Assembly: GCA_028826165.1 (NCBI GenBank)
Contig: JAPDFW010000087.1
Coordinates: 186,001 to 250,000, forward strand
Direction of reading: 5' to 3'
Source of the DNA: Anaeramoeba ignava BMAN
Lineage: Eukaryota > Protista > Anaeramoebae
Length of the DNA stretch: 64,000 nucleotides
Below the pieces are notes generated by a model. The model was given only the letters and a program-made list of their open reading frames with translations. It did no database searches and had not been told where the DNA came from. This document shows positions 37,690 to 50,026 of this stretch, piece by piece (within the stretch, counting starts at the first letter, position 1; every line of letters begins with the position of its first letter). The position numbers and the translations under genes were made by a program.

Positions 37690-39770
37690 TTTAATCTAAA
37701 TTTAATTTTAAATTAATTTCTAAATTAAATATTAATTCAAAATATATTTAAATATTAATATTTTATTTATCAAAATATTTATTAATTTTTTAATAATAAA
37801 ATATAATAAAAATAATTTAATTTATAATTTAAAATATTTATTAAATTTAATTTTAAATTAATTTATTAATTAAATATTAATTCAAAATATATTTAAATAT
37901 TAATATTTTATTTATAAAAATATTAATTAATTTTTTAATAATAAAATATAATAAAAATAATTTAATTTATAATTTAAAATATTTATTAAATTTAATTATA
38001 AATTAATTTATAAATTAAATATTAATTCAAAATATATTTAAATATTAATATTTTATTTATAAAAATATTTATTAATTTTTAATAATAAAATATAATTAAA
38101 ATAATTTAATTTATAATTTAAAATATTTATTAAATTTAATTTTAAATTAATTTATAAATTAAATATTAATTCAAAATATATTTAAATATTAATATTTTAT
38201 TTATCAAAAATATTTATTAATTTTTAATAATAAAATATAATAAAAATAATTTAATTTATAATTTAAAATATTTATTAAATTTAATTATAAATTAATTTAT
38301 AAATTAAATATTAATTCAAAATATATTTAAATATTAATATTTTATTTATCAAAATATTTATTAATTTTTAATAATAAAATATAATAAAAATAATTTAATT
38401 TATAATTTGAAATATTTATTAAATTTAATTTTAAATTAATTTATTAATTAAATAATATTTCAAAATATATTTAAATATTAATATTTTTATTTATCAAAAT
38501 ATTAATTAATTTTTAATAATAAAATATAATAAAAATAATTTAATTTATAATTTGAAATATTTATTAAATTTAATTATAAATTAATTTATAAATTAAATAT
38601 TAATTCAAAATATATTTAAATATTTATATTTTATTTATAAAAATATTTATTAATTTTTAATAATAAAATATAATAAAAATAATTTAATTTATAATTTAAA
38701 ATATTTATTAAATTTAATTATAAATTAATTTATAAATTAAATATTAATTCAAAAATATATTTAAATATTAATATTTTATTTATCAAAATATTTATTAATT
38801 TTTAATAATAAAATATAATTAAAATAATTTAATTTATAATTTAAAAATATTTATTAAATTTAATTATAAATTAATTTATAAATTAAATATTAATTCAAAA
38901 TATATTTAAATATTAATATTTTATTTATCAAAATATTTATTAATTTTTAATAATAAAATATAATAAAATAATTTAATTTATAATTTGAAATATTTATTAA
39001 ATTTAATTTTAAATTAATTTCTAAATTAAATATTAATTCAAACTATATTTAAATATTAATATTTTATTTATAAAAATATTTATTAATTTTTAATAATAAA
39101 ATATAATTAAAATAATTTAATTTATAATTTGAAATATTTATTAAATTTAATTATAAATTAATTTATAAATTAAATATTAATTCAAAATATATTTAAATAT
39201 TAATATTTAATTTATCAAAATATTTATTAATTTTTAATAATAAAAATATAATTAAAATTATTTAATTTATAATTTGAAATATTTATTAAATTTAATTTTA
39301 AATTAATTTATAAATTAAATATTAATTCAAAAAATATATTTAAATATTAATATTTAATTTATCAAAATATTTATTAATTTTTAATAATAAAATATAATAA
39401 AAATAATTTAATTTATAATTTGAAATATTTATTAAATTTAATTTTAAATTAATTTCTAAATTAAATATTAATTCAAAAATATATTTAAATATTAATATTT
39501 TATTTATCAAAATATTAATTAATTTTTAATAATAAAATATAATAAAAATAATTTAATTTATAATTTAAAATATTTATTAAATTTAATTTTAAAATTAATT
39601 TATAAATTAAATATTAATTCAAAATATATTTAAATATTAATATTTTATTTATCAAAATATTTATTAATTTTTTAATAATAAAATATAATTAAAATAATTT
39701 AATTTATAATTTAAAATATTTATTAAATTTAATTTTAAATTAATTTATAAATTAAATATTAATTCAATCT
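37690..39770. repeat. Tandem array of about 14.5 copies of a 143-146-bp, nearly pure-AT monomer
   Basis: The anchor C of TTCAA recurs at 37738, 37883, 38028, 38172, 38317, 38461, 38606, 38750, 38896, 39039, 39183, 39328, 39474, 39620 and 39765, with a partial copy near 39923. Confidence 0.95.
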
Positions 39771-40035
39771 TTGGGGGATATTGAAATCTAGATTGAGAAA
39801 AAAGAAAATGGAAAAAAAATTTTTTTTAAATATCCAAAAAAAAAATAATTTAAGATTAAAATTTTAATTTAGATTATTTGTTAAATTTAATTTTAAATTA
39901 ATTTCTAAATTAAATATTAATTCAAACTTTAATCTAAATTTAAATTTAAAGATAATTAAAAAAAACCGAAAAATTTGATCAAAAAAAATTTTTTTTTCTA
40001 TTTTTTACAATTCATTTTTTTCAAAACAATTTAAG

Positions 40036-42795
40036 ATGCAAAAGCTAATACTTTTAATAATTTTAATAGGAATAATAACAACAGAAGAAGCAAGTTTACC
40101 AGGATTTAAAATCTCTTTAACAAAACCACTATTTGATGAAGCAATTAAAATTTTAGTACCACTTGCGATAAAAGATTTGCAGAATATGAATATACCTGAT
40201 ATTGATGGTGATTTTGATAGTCCAATTGGTAAAATTGAATATCAATTCACTTCTATTAAATTAAATTCTATAAGTCTTAGTAATGCTAAACTTTCTTTGG
40301 TTTCTGGTGGTATTTCTATTTCTATTTCTGGTGGTTCTGCAAGTTTAAGTGCAAATTGGCATTGGAAAGAGAAATGTTTGTTGTTTTCTTTTTGAATTGT
40401 GAATTTTTTATTTAAATTTCCATTTGAATTGCGAATTTTCTAATTATTTAATTTAATTTGATTTTGATTTTGATTTTGATTTTGAATTTTATTTTGATTT
40501 AATTTGATTTAATTTGATTTTGAATTTTATTTTGATTTAATTTAATTTTGATTTTGATTTAATTTTAATTTTGATTTAATTTAATTTTGATTTTGATTTT
40601 GATTTTGATTTAATTTGATTTTGAATTTGATTTAATTTAATTTTGATTTAATTTGATTTAATTTGATTTTAATTTTGATTTAATTTAATTTGATTTTGAT
40701 TTTAATTTAATTTTAATTTTGATTTGATTTGATTTAATTTTGATTTTAATTTTGATTTAATTTAATTTAATTTGATTTTTATTTTGATTTAATTTTGATT
40801 TTGATTTTGATTTAATTTTAATTTTAATTTTAATTTTGATTTAATTTAATTTTAATTTTAATTTAATTTTAATTTTGATTTATGATTTAATTTAATTTAA
40901 TTTGATTTGATTTGATTTAATTTAATTTGATTTAATTTAATTTGATTTTAATTTAATTTTAATTTAATTTTGATTTTGATTTGATTTTGATTTTAATTTA
41001 ATTTTGATTTTGATTTAATTTTTATTTTGATTTAATTTAATTTTAATTTTGATTTGATTTTATTTTAATTTTGATTTAATTTGATTTAATTTTGATTTGG
41101 ATTTTGATTTTAATTTTGATTTTAATTTTGATTTATGATTTAATTTAATTTTAATTTAATTTTGATTTTGATTTAGATTTTGATTTTGATTTTGATTTTG
41201 ATTTTGATTTTGATTTGATTTTGATTTTGATTTTGATTTAATTTTGATTTAATTTTGATTTGATTTTGATTTTGATTTTGATTTTGATTTTAATTTTAAT
41301 TTTGATTTTGATTTTGATTTTGATTTGGATTTAATTTGATTTTAATTTAATTTTAATTTTAATTTTGATTTGATTTGATTTAATTTGATTTAATTTAATT
41401 TTAATTATTTTGATTTGGATTTGATTTTTATTAGCTTGGCCTCATGTTTCTGATTCTGGTTCTGTTGATATTGATACAAGTTCAGTTTCTGCTAGTGTTT
41501 CACTTGCTATTGGAAGTGATTCAAATGGAAGACCAACAATAGTTACATCATCAATATCTTTAGATTTAGGAAGTTTAAACGTTCATTTCCACGGTAAATA
41601 TTTTTTATAAACAAAAATAATTTTTGATTTTGATTTTGATTTTAATTTTTAATTTGATTTTGATTTTTAATTTTAATTTTGATTTTAATTTTAATTCTGA
41701 TTTTGATTTTGATTTTGATTTTGATTTTAATTTTGATTTTAATTTTGATTTTCATTTTGATTTAATTTAATTTTGATTTTTAATTTGATTTTGATTTTGA
41801 TTTAATTTAATTTTGATTTTTAATTTGATTTTGTTTTAGGTGGAGACTCTTGGTTATACAATCTATTTTCAGGAGAAATTAGTGACAAAATCAAAAGCTC
41901 TGTAGAATCCGAAGTAAATTCAAAAGTAAAACCAATGATTGATCAAGCAGCAGAAAAATTTCTATCAACAGTTCCACTTGTAGAACCGATTGATTCTAAT
42001 GTAGAAATCGATTATCGATTAGTATCAACACCTGAAATTGAGGCAGGCAAAGATATAATGTGTCCATTAAAGGGGGAATTCTATTACATTCCACATCCAC
42101 ACGAGTATCCAATAGCGCCAGTAACGATGCCTAGCACAATCAACACAGAAATGGGACAATTTTTCATCTCAGAATTTGTGTTCAATTCACTGGCGTTCTC
42201 ATACTATCAAACAGGAATGCTTTCAGCAACCGTTACTCCCCAAAATGTTCCCAGTTGGTTCCCTTTTAAACTCAATACAACCGCCTGGAAAGACCTTATT
42301 CCACAGCTTTTTAATACTTATCCAGGCCAAACAATGAATGCTTCAATTGGCGTTAATTCTGCCCCCGTTTGTTCCATTTCTTCTTCTGGAATATTGTTGC
42401 AAATTGATGGGTTTTTAAGAGTGAATGTGATCCAATCTTCCAAAATGGCGTTTATTTTGAATCTTTTTGCTAATGCTCAAATTTCAATGAATATTTCTGA
42501 TGCAAAAATTTATGGCAATTTTAATAATTTAACAACAAAAATGACTCTTAATGCTTCAACTATCGGACAGTTTTCTCTTGATTCTTTGGATCAAATTTTG
42601 GACTTGATGACCCAAAACGTTTTGGTTCCTCTTTTGAATGAACTTTTCCAAAAGGGTTATCCTCTTCCTGTTGTTGATGGAGCTCAACTTGTTGAACCTC
42701 ATTTCTACTTCTATGATAAGTATATGGCAATTACTTCTGATTTCAAATACACTCCAAGTAATAACAAAATTCAACAAAATTGGAATTGGAATTGA
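40036..42795 (+). CDS. BPI/LBP/CETP-family lipid-binding protein; exons 40036-40375, 41435-41593, 41840-42795
   Basis: Signal peptide, PGFKISLT, IPDIDG, spliced VHFHG|GDSWLYNLF, IDYRLVSTP, LKGEFY, ISEFVFNSL and C-terminal GYPLP are BPI-superfamily motifs. Confidence 0.88.
40450..41430. repeat. (GATTTT/AATTT)n satellite in BPI intron 1 (similar repeat in intron 2, about 41620-41830)
   Basis: Visible repeat. Confidence 0.9.
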
Positions 42796-42957
42796 AATTG
42801 GAATTGAAATTGGTTCATTTCTTTTTTCAAAAAAAAAAAAAACGAAAAAATTTTTTGCTTTTTTTTTTGTTCCACTTTTTTTTTGCTTTCTCTTTTTTTT
42901 CTTTCCATTTTTTGAAATAAAAAGAGAATAGCTCAATTTTTATTTTGTTTTGTTTCT

Positions 42958-43999
42958 TCACATAAAATCATCTTCAAATTCTTCAAAAGTCATATCCATT
43001 TCTTGATTAGAAACTTTATATTTTTCCATTTCTTTTTCATATTTTTCTTTTTTTTCTTTTTCTTCATTTTTTCTTTTTTCTTCTTCTTCTTTTTCTTTTT
43101 GAGCTTTTAATTCTTTTAATTTAGCTTCTGTTTTGATTTCTTGAGCTTTTGATTCCTTTTCTTTTTTAAGAACATCAACACTCATTTCTGTTTCTGTTTT
43201 TTTGATTCTTCGAAGAATTTCTGAATCTTTTTGAACATTCTTTATTCTTTTTTGTAAATTATAATTTTTATAAGCAACTTCTCCTGCTTGCATTCCTTTT
43301 TTCTTGAGAAGGTTTGATGCAGGTGTATAAATAATTGATACTTTTTGTTGTTTTGAACCTTTTTTTTATAAAAATTATAAAAATTATAAAAAATATAAAA
43401 AATATTTATAAAATTGAATTTAATTGATTTACCTTTAATTGAGTTATATTTTACAAGTTGAACACAATCTATTTTTCAATTAAAATTCATTTTGAAAATT
43501 AAAATTAAAATTAAAATTAAAAATTAAAATTAAAATTAAAATCAAAATTAAAATTAAAATTAAAATTAAAATTAAAATTAAAATTAAAATCAAAATTAAA
43601 ATTAAAATCAAAATTAAAATTATATTTAAAATTAAAATTCATTTTGAAAATTAAAATTAAAATTAAAATTAAAATTAAAATTAAAATTAAAATTCATTTT
43701 TAATATTAAAATTAAAAATTATTGGATTTCAACCTTTCAATAAATCTAAAGCTATATTTTTAAAATTATCTTCTGGTTTTAATCTTAAATAAACATGAGC
43801 ACTACTTAAATTTTCAACATGAAACCAAATATCTTCTGGTAAAGCATATTTTATTCTATGCTTCATTTTTATTTTTTAATTTTTCAATTGTTTTTTATTT
43901 TAAAAAAAAATTGCAAAATTCTTACAATAATTCATTTTCAAATTTGTCTTTTCCCATATAAACTGTATAACCTCTTGAAATTGTAAAAACTCTAACCAT
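42958..43999 (-). CDS. CCDC25: CCDC25 (NFACT-R RNA-binding) homolog; exons 43999-43926, 43855-43734, 43468-43433, 43358-42958
   Basis: Spliced sequence [37 protein letters not shown]...DCVQLVKYNSIKG...IIYTPASNLLKKKGMQAGEV...EDDFM matches the CCDC25 signature. Confidence 0.92.
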
Positions 44000-44102
44000 T
44001 TTTAATAAAGAAAAAAAAAAAATGAAAATCGAAAAAATGAAAAATGAAAAATGAAAAATGAAAAATGAAATTTTATTTTTTCATTTTTTTTCTTTTTCTA
44101 AA

Positions 44103-45899
44103 ATGAATGAAATTTTATTTTTTGGTAGAAATCTATATCCAAAACTTTTCAAAAATAAACCAATTAAAATAATAAAACCAATTCAATTTAAATTTGAAAA
44201 TGAAAATGAAAATGAAAATGAAAATGAAAATGAAAATGAAAAACAAATTAAACAAATTTCATCGGGTTATTTTTCAACAATTTTCCTTTTTGAAAACGGA
44301 AAAGCAATAGAATATTTAAATGAAAATCCTGAAAAAATCCAAATTGAAAATATTCAAAAAGTAACTGTTGGTCTTGAAAATGAAGCTATTTTAACAATAG
44401 AAGGAAATGTATTTGCAAAAGGGATAGATATTAATCCATATAATCCAAATAAATTTATCAATATTTCATCATTAATTGAAGATACAAATGATAGAATAAT
44501 TCAAGATATTGTTTCTGGATGGAGTTCAATTTACTTATTAACTTCAAATCAAAATGCTTATGGAATTGGTTCAAATCAATATGGTCAACTTGGTTTTGAT
44601 TCTAAAACACTTAAAAAAACAGAAAAACCAATTTTAATGATGAAAAATGTTTCTAAAATATTTTCAGGAAATTCTTCTGAAGGTGTCTTTCTTTTAAATT
44701 CAAATCAAGAATTATTTGGATGCGGATATAATCAATATAGCCAACTTGGATTAGGAGAATTAAGAAAAACAATAAGAATACAAAAATTAACCAAAATCCA
44801 AAATATTCCAAAAGGTAAAATAATTGATATTCAATGTGGAAGTTTTCATTCAATAATGTTGGTTGAAAATGAAGATGAAAATAAAAATCCAAAAAGAAAA
44901 CTTTATTCATGTGGAAATTGGAAATATAATGGATTTGGCAAAAATAAAGATACTTATGAATTTACTGAAATCAAATCATCTTTATTTGAAAATGATGAAA
45001 ATATTCTTGATTTTTCTGTTGGAGATGAACATAATTTGATTTTAACATCCAAAGGGAAAGTTATTGGATTCGGAAATAATTTATATGGTCAATTAGGAAC
45101 TGGAAATATAAAAAATCAAAGAATTCCAATTCAAATTAAACTTCCTAAATTAAGATTTAATGAAGAAATTTCTAATTATCATATTTCTTGTGGATATCGA
45201 AAATCATTTCTTTATTATTCTCCTTTTCTTTCTCCTTTTTCCAATCTTGAAGAAGATTTGATAAAATTATTTGGAAGAAAAGAATTTTGTGATATTTCAT
45301 TTAAAACCGAAAATGGAGAAATAGTTGAAGCTCATAAATTAATATTGAAATATAGATTAAATCAAAATCAAGAAAATCAAATTGATAAACTTCAAGAAAT
45401 TATTTCAAAGAAATCAATTAAAGAATCAAATCAAATATTTGAAATGATTTATTCAAACAGAATATTAAATCCAAAATTATATTATGAAATTAAAGAAATT
45501 ATAAATTCAAATGAAAAAATTGAAGAAACAATGAAAAGAATTTATTTAAATGAAAATGAAAATGAAAAAGATTTTATTATTGAAAGAAAAGAAAAACAAT
45601 ATAAATTTCCAAAATTAATATTAATAATGAGAAGTGAATTATATCGAGGAATGTTTTTATCTGTAACAAATGATAAATCTAACAAAGTTAGAGATTATAG
45701 TGAATTAAGTAATAAATCATTTCAAATATTTGAATATTGGATTTATTCAAATCAAATTAAAGATGATATTCAAATTACTCAGGAAATCATTAATGAATTA
45801 GAAATAGGAATTGATTATTTTCAATTAAATCAAACAAATCCAAATTTATTTGATTTATTAATTAACAAATTTAAAAATCAAAATCAAAATCAAAATTAA
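44103..45899 (+). CDS. RCC1-repeat tandem-BTB protein, copy 1
   Basis: RCC1 motifs GSNQYGQLG and FGNNLYGQLG; BTB FCDISF...AHKLIL and LIMRSELYRGMF. Start placed at MNEILFFG by comparison with the paralogs. Confidence 0.88.
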   Translation: MNEILFFGRNLYPKLFKNKPIKIIKPIQFKFENENENENENENENEKQIKQISSGYFSTIFLFENGKAIEYLNENPEKIQIENIQKVTVGLENEAILTIEGNVFAKGIDINPYNPNKFINISSLIEDTNDRIIQDIVSGWSSIYLLTSNQNAYGIGSNQYGQLGFDSKTLKKTEKPILMMKNVSKIFSGNSSEGVFLLNSNQELFGCGYNQYSQLGLGELRKTIRIQKLTKIQNIPKGKIIDIQCGSFHSIMLVENEDENKNPKRKLYSCGNWKYNGFGKNKDTYEFTEIKSSLFENDENILDFSVGDEHNLILTSKGKVIGFGNNLYGQLGTGNIKNQRIPIQIKLPKLRFNEEISNYHISCGYRKSFLYYSPFLSPFSNLEEDLIKLFGRKEFCDISFKTENGEIVEAHKLILKYRLNQNQENQIDKLQEIISKKSIKESNQIFEMIYSNRILNPKLYYEIKEIINSNEKIEETMKRIYLNENENEKDFIIERKEKQYKFPKLILIMRSELYRGMFLSVTNDKSNKVRDYSELSNKSFQIFEYWIYSNQIKDDIQITQEIINELEIGIDYFQLNQTNPNLFDLLINKFKNQNQNQN

Positions 45900-45957
45900 A
45901 ATTAAAATTAAAATTAAATTCAAAAATTCATTTTTTCATTTTTTTTTCTTTTCAAAA

Positions 45958-47751
45958 ATGAATGAAGTTATATTTTTTGGTAGAAATCTATATCCAAAAC
46001 TTATCAAAAATGAACCAGATATAATAACAAAACCAATTCAATTTAAATTTGAAAATGAAAATGAAAATGAAAATGAAAATGAAAAACAAATTAAACAAAT
46101 TTTTTCAGGTTATTCTGGAACATTTTTCCTTTTTAAAAATGGGAAATTAATACAATACTTGAAATATTTAGATTCAAATAAAAATATACAAACAATTAAA
46201 ATTGAAATTGAAAATATTCAAAAAGTATTTCCTGGTGATAATAATGTAGCTATTTTAACAATAGAAGGAAATGTATTTGCAAAAGGGATAGATATTAATC
46301 CAAAAAATCCAAATAAATTTATCAATATTTCATCATTAATTGAAGATACAAATGATAGAGTAATTCAAGATGTTATTTGCACAATGAACTCAATTTACTT
46401 ATTAACTTCAAATCAAAATGTTTATGGAATTGGTTCAAATCAATATGGTCAACTTGGTTTAGATTCTGAGACACTTGAAAAAACACAAAAGCCAATTTTA
46501 ATGATGAAAAATGTTTCTAAAATATTTTCAGGAAGTTCTTCATATTCTGTTTTTCTTTTAAATTCAAATCAAGAATTATTTGGATGCGGAATCAATTATA
46601 ATTCCAAACTTGGATTAGGGAAATCAAAAAAAGAAGAATACATCAAAAAATTAACCAAAATCCAAAATATTCCAAAAGGCAAAATAATTGATATCCAATC
46701 TGGATATTCTTTTTCAGTAATGTTGATTGAAAATGAAAATGAAAATGAAAATCCAAAAAGAAAACTTTATTCATGTGGTGTTTATGAATATAATGGATTT
46801 GGCAAAGATCAAAATACTTATGAATTTACTGAAATCAAATCATCTTTATTTGAAAATGAAAATGATAATATTCTTGATTTTTCTGTTGGAAATGCTCATA
46901 CTTTGATTTTAACAACCAATTCAAAATTGATAGGATTTGGAAATAATTATTATGGTGAATTAGGAAATGGAAATACAAATAATCAGCGAATTCCAATTCA
47001 AATTGAACTTCCTAAATTAAGATTTAATGAAAATATTTCCAATTATCATATTCTTTGTAGAAATGAAAAATCATTTCTTTATTATTCTCCTTTTCTTTCT
47101 CCTTTTTCCAATCTTGAAGAAGATTTGATAAAATTATTTGGAAGAAAAGAATTTTGTGATATTTCATTTAAAACCAAAAATGGAGAAATAATTGAAGCTC
47201 ATAAATTAATATTGAAATATAGATTAAATCAAAATCAAAATGAAATTGAAAAACTTAAAGAAATTATTTCAAAAAAATCAATTAAAGAATCAAATCAAAT
47301 ATTTGAAATGATTTATTCAAACAGAATAATAAATCCAAAATTATATTCTGAAATTAAAGAAATTATAAATTTAAATGAAAAAATTGAAGAAGCAATGAAA
47401 AGAATTTATTTAAATGAAAATGAAAATGAAAAAGATTTTATAATTGAAAGAAAAGAAAAACAATATAAATTTCCAAAATTAATATTAATAATGAGAAGTG
47501 AATTATATCGAGGAATGTTTTTATCTGTAACTAATGATACTTCTAATAAAGTTAGAGATTATAGTGAATTAAGTAATAAATCATTTCAAATATTTGAATA
47601 TTGGATTTATTCAAATCAAATTAAAGATGAAATTCAAATTACTCAGGAAATCATTGATGAATTAGAAACTGGAATTGATTATTTTCAATTAAATCAAACA
47701 AATCCAAATTTATTTGATTTATTAATTAACAAATTTAATAATCAAAATTAA
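45958..47751 (+). CDS. RCC1-repeat tandem-BTB protein, copy 2
   Basis: 597-aa ORF, close paralog of copy 1. Confidence 0.9.
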   Translation: MNEVIFFGRNLYPKLIKNEPDIITKPIQFKFENENENENENEKQIKQIFSGYSGTFFLFKNGKLIQYLKYLDSNKNIQTIKIEIENIQKVFPGDNNVAILTIEGNVFAKGIDINPKNPNKFINISSLIEDTNDRVIQDVICTMNSIYLLTSNQNVYGIGSNQYGQLGLDSETLEKTQKPILMMKNVSKIFSGSSSYSVFLLNSNQELFGCGINYNSKLGLGKSKKEEYIKKLTKIQNIPKGKIIDIQSGYSFSVMLIENENENENPKRKLYSCGVYEYNGFGKDQNTYEFTEIKSSLFENENDNILDFSVGNAHTLILTTNSKLIGFGNNYYGELGNGNTNNQRIPIQIELPKLRFNENISNYHILCRNEKSFLYYSPFLSPFSNLEEDLIKLFGRKEFCDISFKTKNGEIIEAHKLILKYRLNQNQNEIEKLKEIISKKSIKESNQIFEMIYSNRIINPKLYSEIKEIINLNEKIEEAMKRIYLNENENEKDFIIERKEKQYKFPKLILIMRSELYRGMFLSVTNDTSNKVRDYSELSNKSFQIFEYWIYSNQIKDEIQITQEIIDELETGIDYFQLNQTNPNLFDLLINKFNNQN

Positions 47752-47982
47752 AAATAAAATTAAAATTAAAATTAAAATCAAAATCAAAATCAAAATCAAA
47801 ATCAAAATCAAAATCAAAATCAAAATCAAAATCAAAATCAAAATCAAAAAGGAAAATGCTTAATTTATTAAATTAATTTATTACTCAAACCAAAATTAAA
47901 ATTCAAAATCAAAATTAAAATTAAAATTAAAATTAAAATTAAAATTTCAAAAATCATTTTTTCATTTTTTTTCTTTTCAAAA

Positions 47983-49758
47983 ATGAATGAAATTATATTT
48001 TTTGGTAGAAATCTATATCCAAAACTTATCAAAAATGAACCAGATATAATAACAAAACCAATTCAATTTAAATTTGAAAATGAAAATGAAAATGAAAATG
48101 AAAAACAAATTAAACAAATTTTTTCAGGTTATTCTGGAACATTTTTCCTTTTTAAAAATGGGAAATTAATACAATACTTGAAATATTTAGATTCAAATAA
48201 AAATATACAAACAATTAAAATTGAAATTGAAAATATTCAAAAAGTATTTCCTGGTGATAATAATGTAGCTATTTTAACAATAGAAGGAAATGTATTTGCA
48301 AAAGGGATAGATATTAATCCATATAATTCAAATGAATTTATCAATATTTCATCATTAATTGAAGATACAAATGATAGAATAATTCAAGATGTTATTTGCA
48401 CAATGAACTCAATTTACTTATTAACTTCAAATCAAAATGCTTATGGAATTGGTTCAAATCAATATGGTCAACTTGGTTTAGATTCTGAGACACTTGAAAA
48501 AACACAAAAACCTATTTTAATGATGAAAAATGTTTCTAAAATATTTTCAGGAAGTTCTTCATATTCTGTTTTTCTTTTAAATTCAAATCAAGAATTATTT
48601 GGATGCGGAATCAATTATAATTCCAAACTTGGATTAGGGAAATCAAAAAAAGAAGAATACATCAAAAAATTAACCAAAATCCAAAATATTCCAAAAGGCA
48701 AAATAATTGATATCCAATCTGGATATTCTTTTTCAGTAATGTTGATTGAAGATGAAAATGAAAATCCAAAAAGAAAACTTTATTCATGTGGTGTTTATGA
48801 ATATAATGGATTTGGCAAAGATCAAAATACTTATGAATTTACTGAAATCAAATCATCTTTATTTGAAAATGATAATATTCTTGATTTTTCTGTTGGAAAT
48901 GCTCATACTTTGATTTTAACAACCAATTCAAAATTAATTGGATTTGGAGATAATTATTATGGTGAATTAGGAAATGGAAATACAAATAATCAACGAATCC
49001 CGATTCAAATTGAACTTCCTAAATTAAGATTTAATGAAAATATTTTCAATTATCATATTCTTTGTAGAAATGAAAAATCATTTATTTATTATTCTCCTTT
49101 TCTTTCTCTTTTTTCCAATCTTGAAGAAGATTTGATAAAATTATTTAGAAGAAAAGAATTTTGCGATATTTCATTTAAAACCAAAAATGGAGAAATAGTT
49201 GAAGCTCATAAATTAATATTGAAATATAGATTAAATGAAATTCAAAATCAAATTGAAAAACTTAAAGAAATTATTTCAAATAAATCAATTAAAGAATCAA
49301 ATCAAATATTTGAAATGATTTATTCAAACAGAATATTAAATCCAAAATTATATTTTGAAATTAAAGAAATTATAAATTCTAATGAAAAAATTGAAGAAAC
49401 AATGAAAAGAATTTATTTAAATGAAAATGAAAATGAAAAAGATTTTATAATTGAAAGAAAAGAAAAACAATATAAATTTCCTAAATTAATATTAATAATG
49501 AGAAGTGAATTATATCGAGGAATGTTTTTATCTGTAACTGAAGATAAATCAAATAAAGTTACAGATTATAGTGAATTAAGTAATAAATCATTTCAAATAT
49601 TTGAATATTGGATTTATTCAAATCAAATTAAAGATGAAATTCAAATTACTCAAGAAATCATTGATGAATTAGAAACAGGAATTGATTATTTTCAATTAAA
49701 TCAAACAAATCCAAATTTATTTGATTTATTAATTAACAAATTTAATAATCAAAATTAA
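47983..49758 (+). CDS. RCC1-repeat tandem-BTB protein, copy 3
   Basis: 591-aa ORF, close paralog. Confidence 0.9.
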   Translation: MNEIIFFGRNLYPKLIKNEPDIITKPIQFKFENENENENEKQIKQIFSGYSGTFFLFKNGKLIQYLKYLDSNKNIQTIKIEIENIQKVFPGDNNVAILTIEGNVFAKGIDINPYNSNEFINISSLIEDTNDRIIQDVICTMNSIYLLTSNQNAYGIGSNQYGQLGLDSETLEKTQKPILMMKNVSKIFSGSSSYSVFLLNSNQELFGCGINYNSKLGLGKSKKEEYIKKLTKIQNIPKGKIIDIQSGYSFSVMLIEDENENPKRKLYSCGVYEYNGFGKDQNTYEFTEIKSSLFENDNILDFSVGNAHTLILTTNSKLIGFGDNYYGELGNGNTNNQRIPIQIELPKLRFNENIFNYHILCRNEKSFIYYSPFLSLFSNLEEDLIKLFRRKEFCDISFKTKNGEIVEAHKLILKYRLNEIQNQIEKLKEIISNKSIKESNQIFEMIYSNRILNPKLYFEIKEIINSNEKIEETMKRIYLNENENEKDFIIERKEKQYKFPKLILIMRSELYRGMFLSVTEDKSNKVTDYSELSNKSFQIFEYWIYSNQIKDEIQITQEIIDELETGIDYFQLNQTNPNLFDLLINKFNNQN

Positions 49759-50026
49759 AAATAAAATTAAAATTAAAATTAAATTCAAAATCAAAATTAA
49801 AATCAAAATCAAAATCAAAATCAAAAAGGAAAATGCTTAATTTATTAAATTAATTTATTACTCAAATCAAAATCAAAATCAAATTATAATCCAAAATTAA
49901 AATTAAAATTAAAATTAAAATTAAAATTAAAATTAAAATTAAAATAATTAAAATTAAAATTAAAATTAAAATTAAATTCAAAAAATTCAAAAATTCATTT
50001 TTTTCATTTTTTTTTTCTTTTCAAAA

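Noticed and set aside
37690-39770. CRISPR-like array
   Set aside because: Monomers repeat along their whole length with no unique spacers, no cas genes are present, and the context is eukaryotic.
44058-44102. ORF-track N-terminal extension of RCC1-BTB copy 1 (likewise 55855-55962 for the ankyrin gene)
   Set aside because: These are promoter motif repeats or T-rich UTR. The paralogs start at MNE, and the ankyrin gene has a better ATG at 55963.
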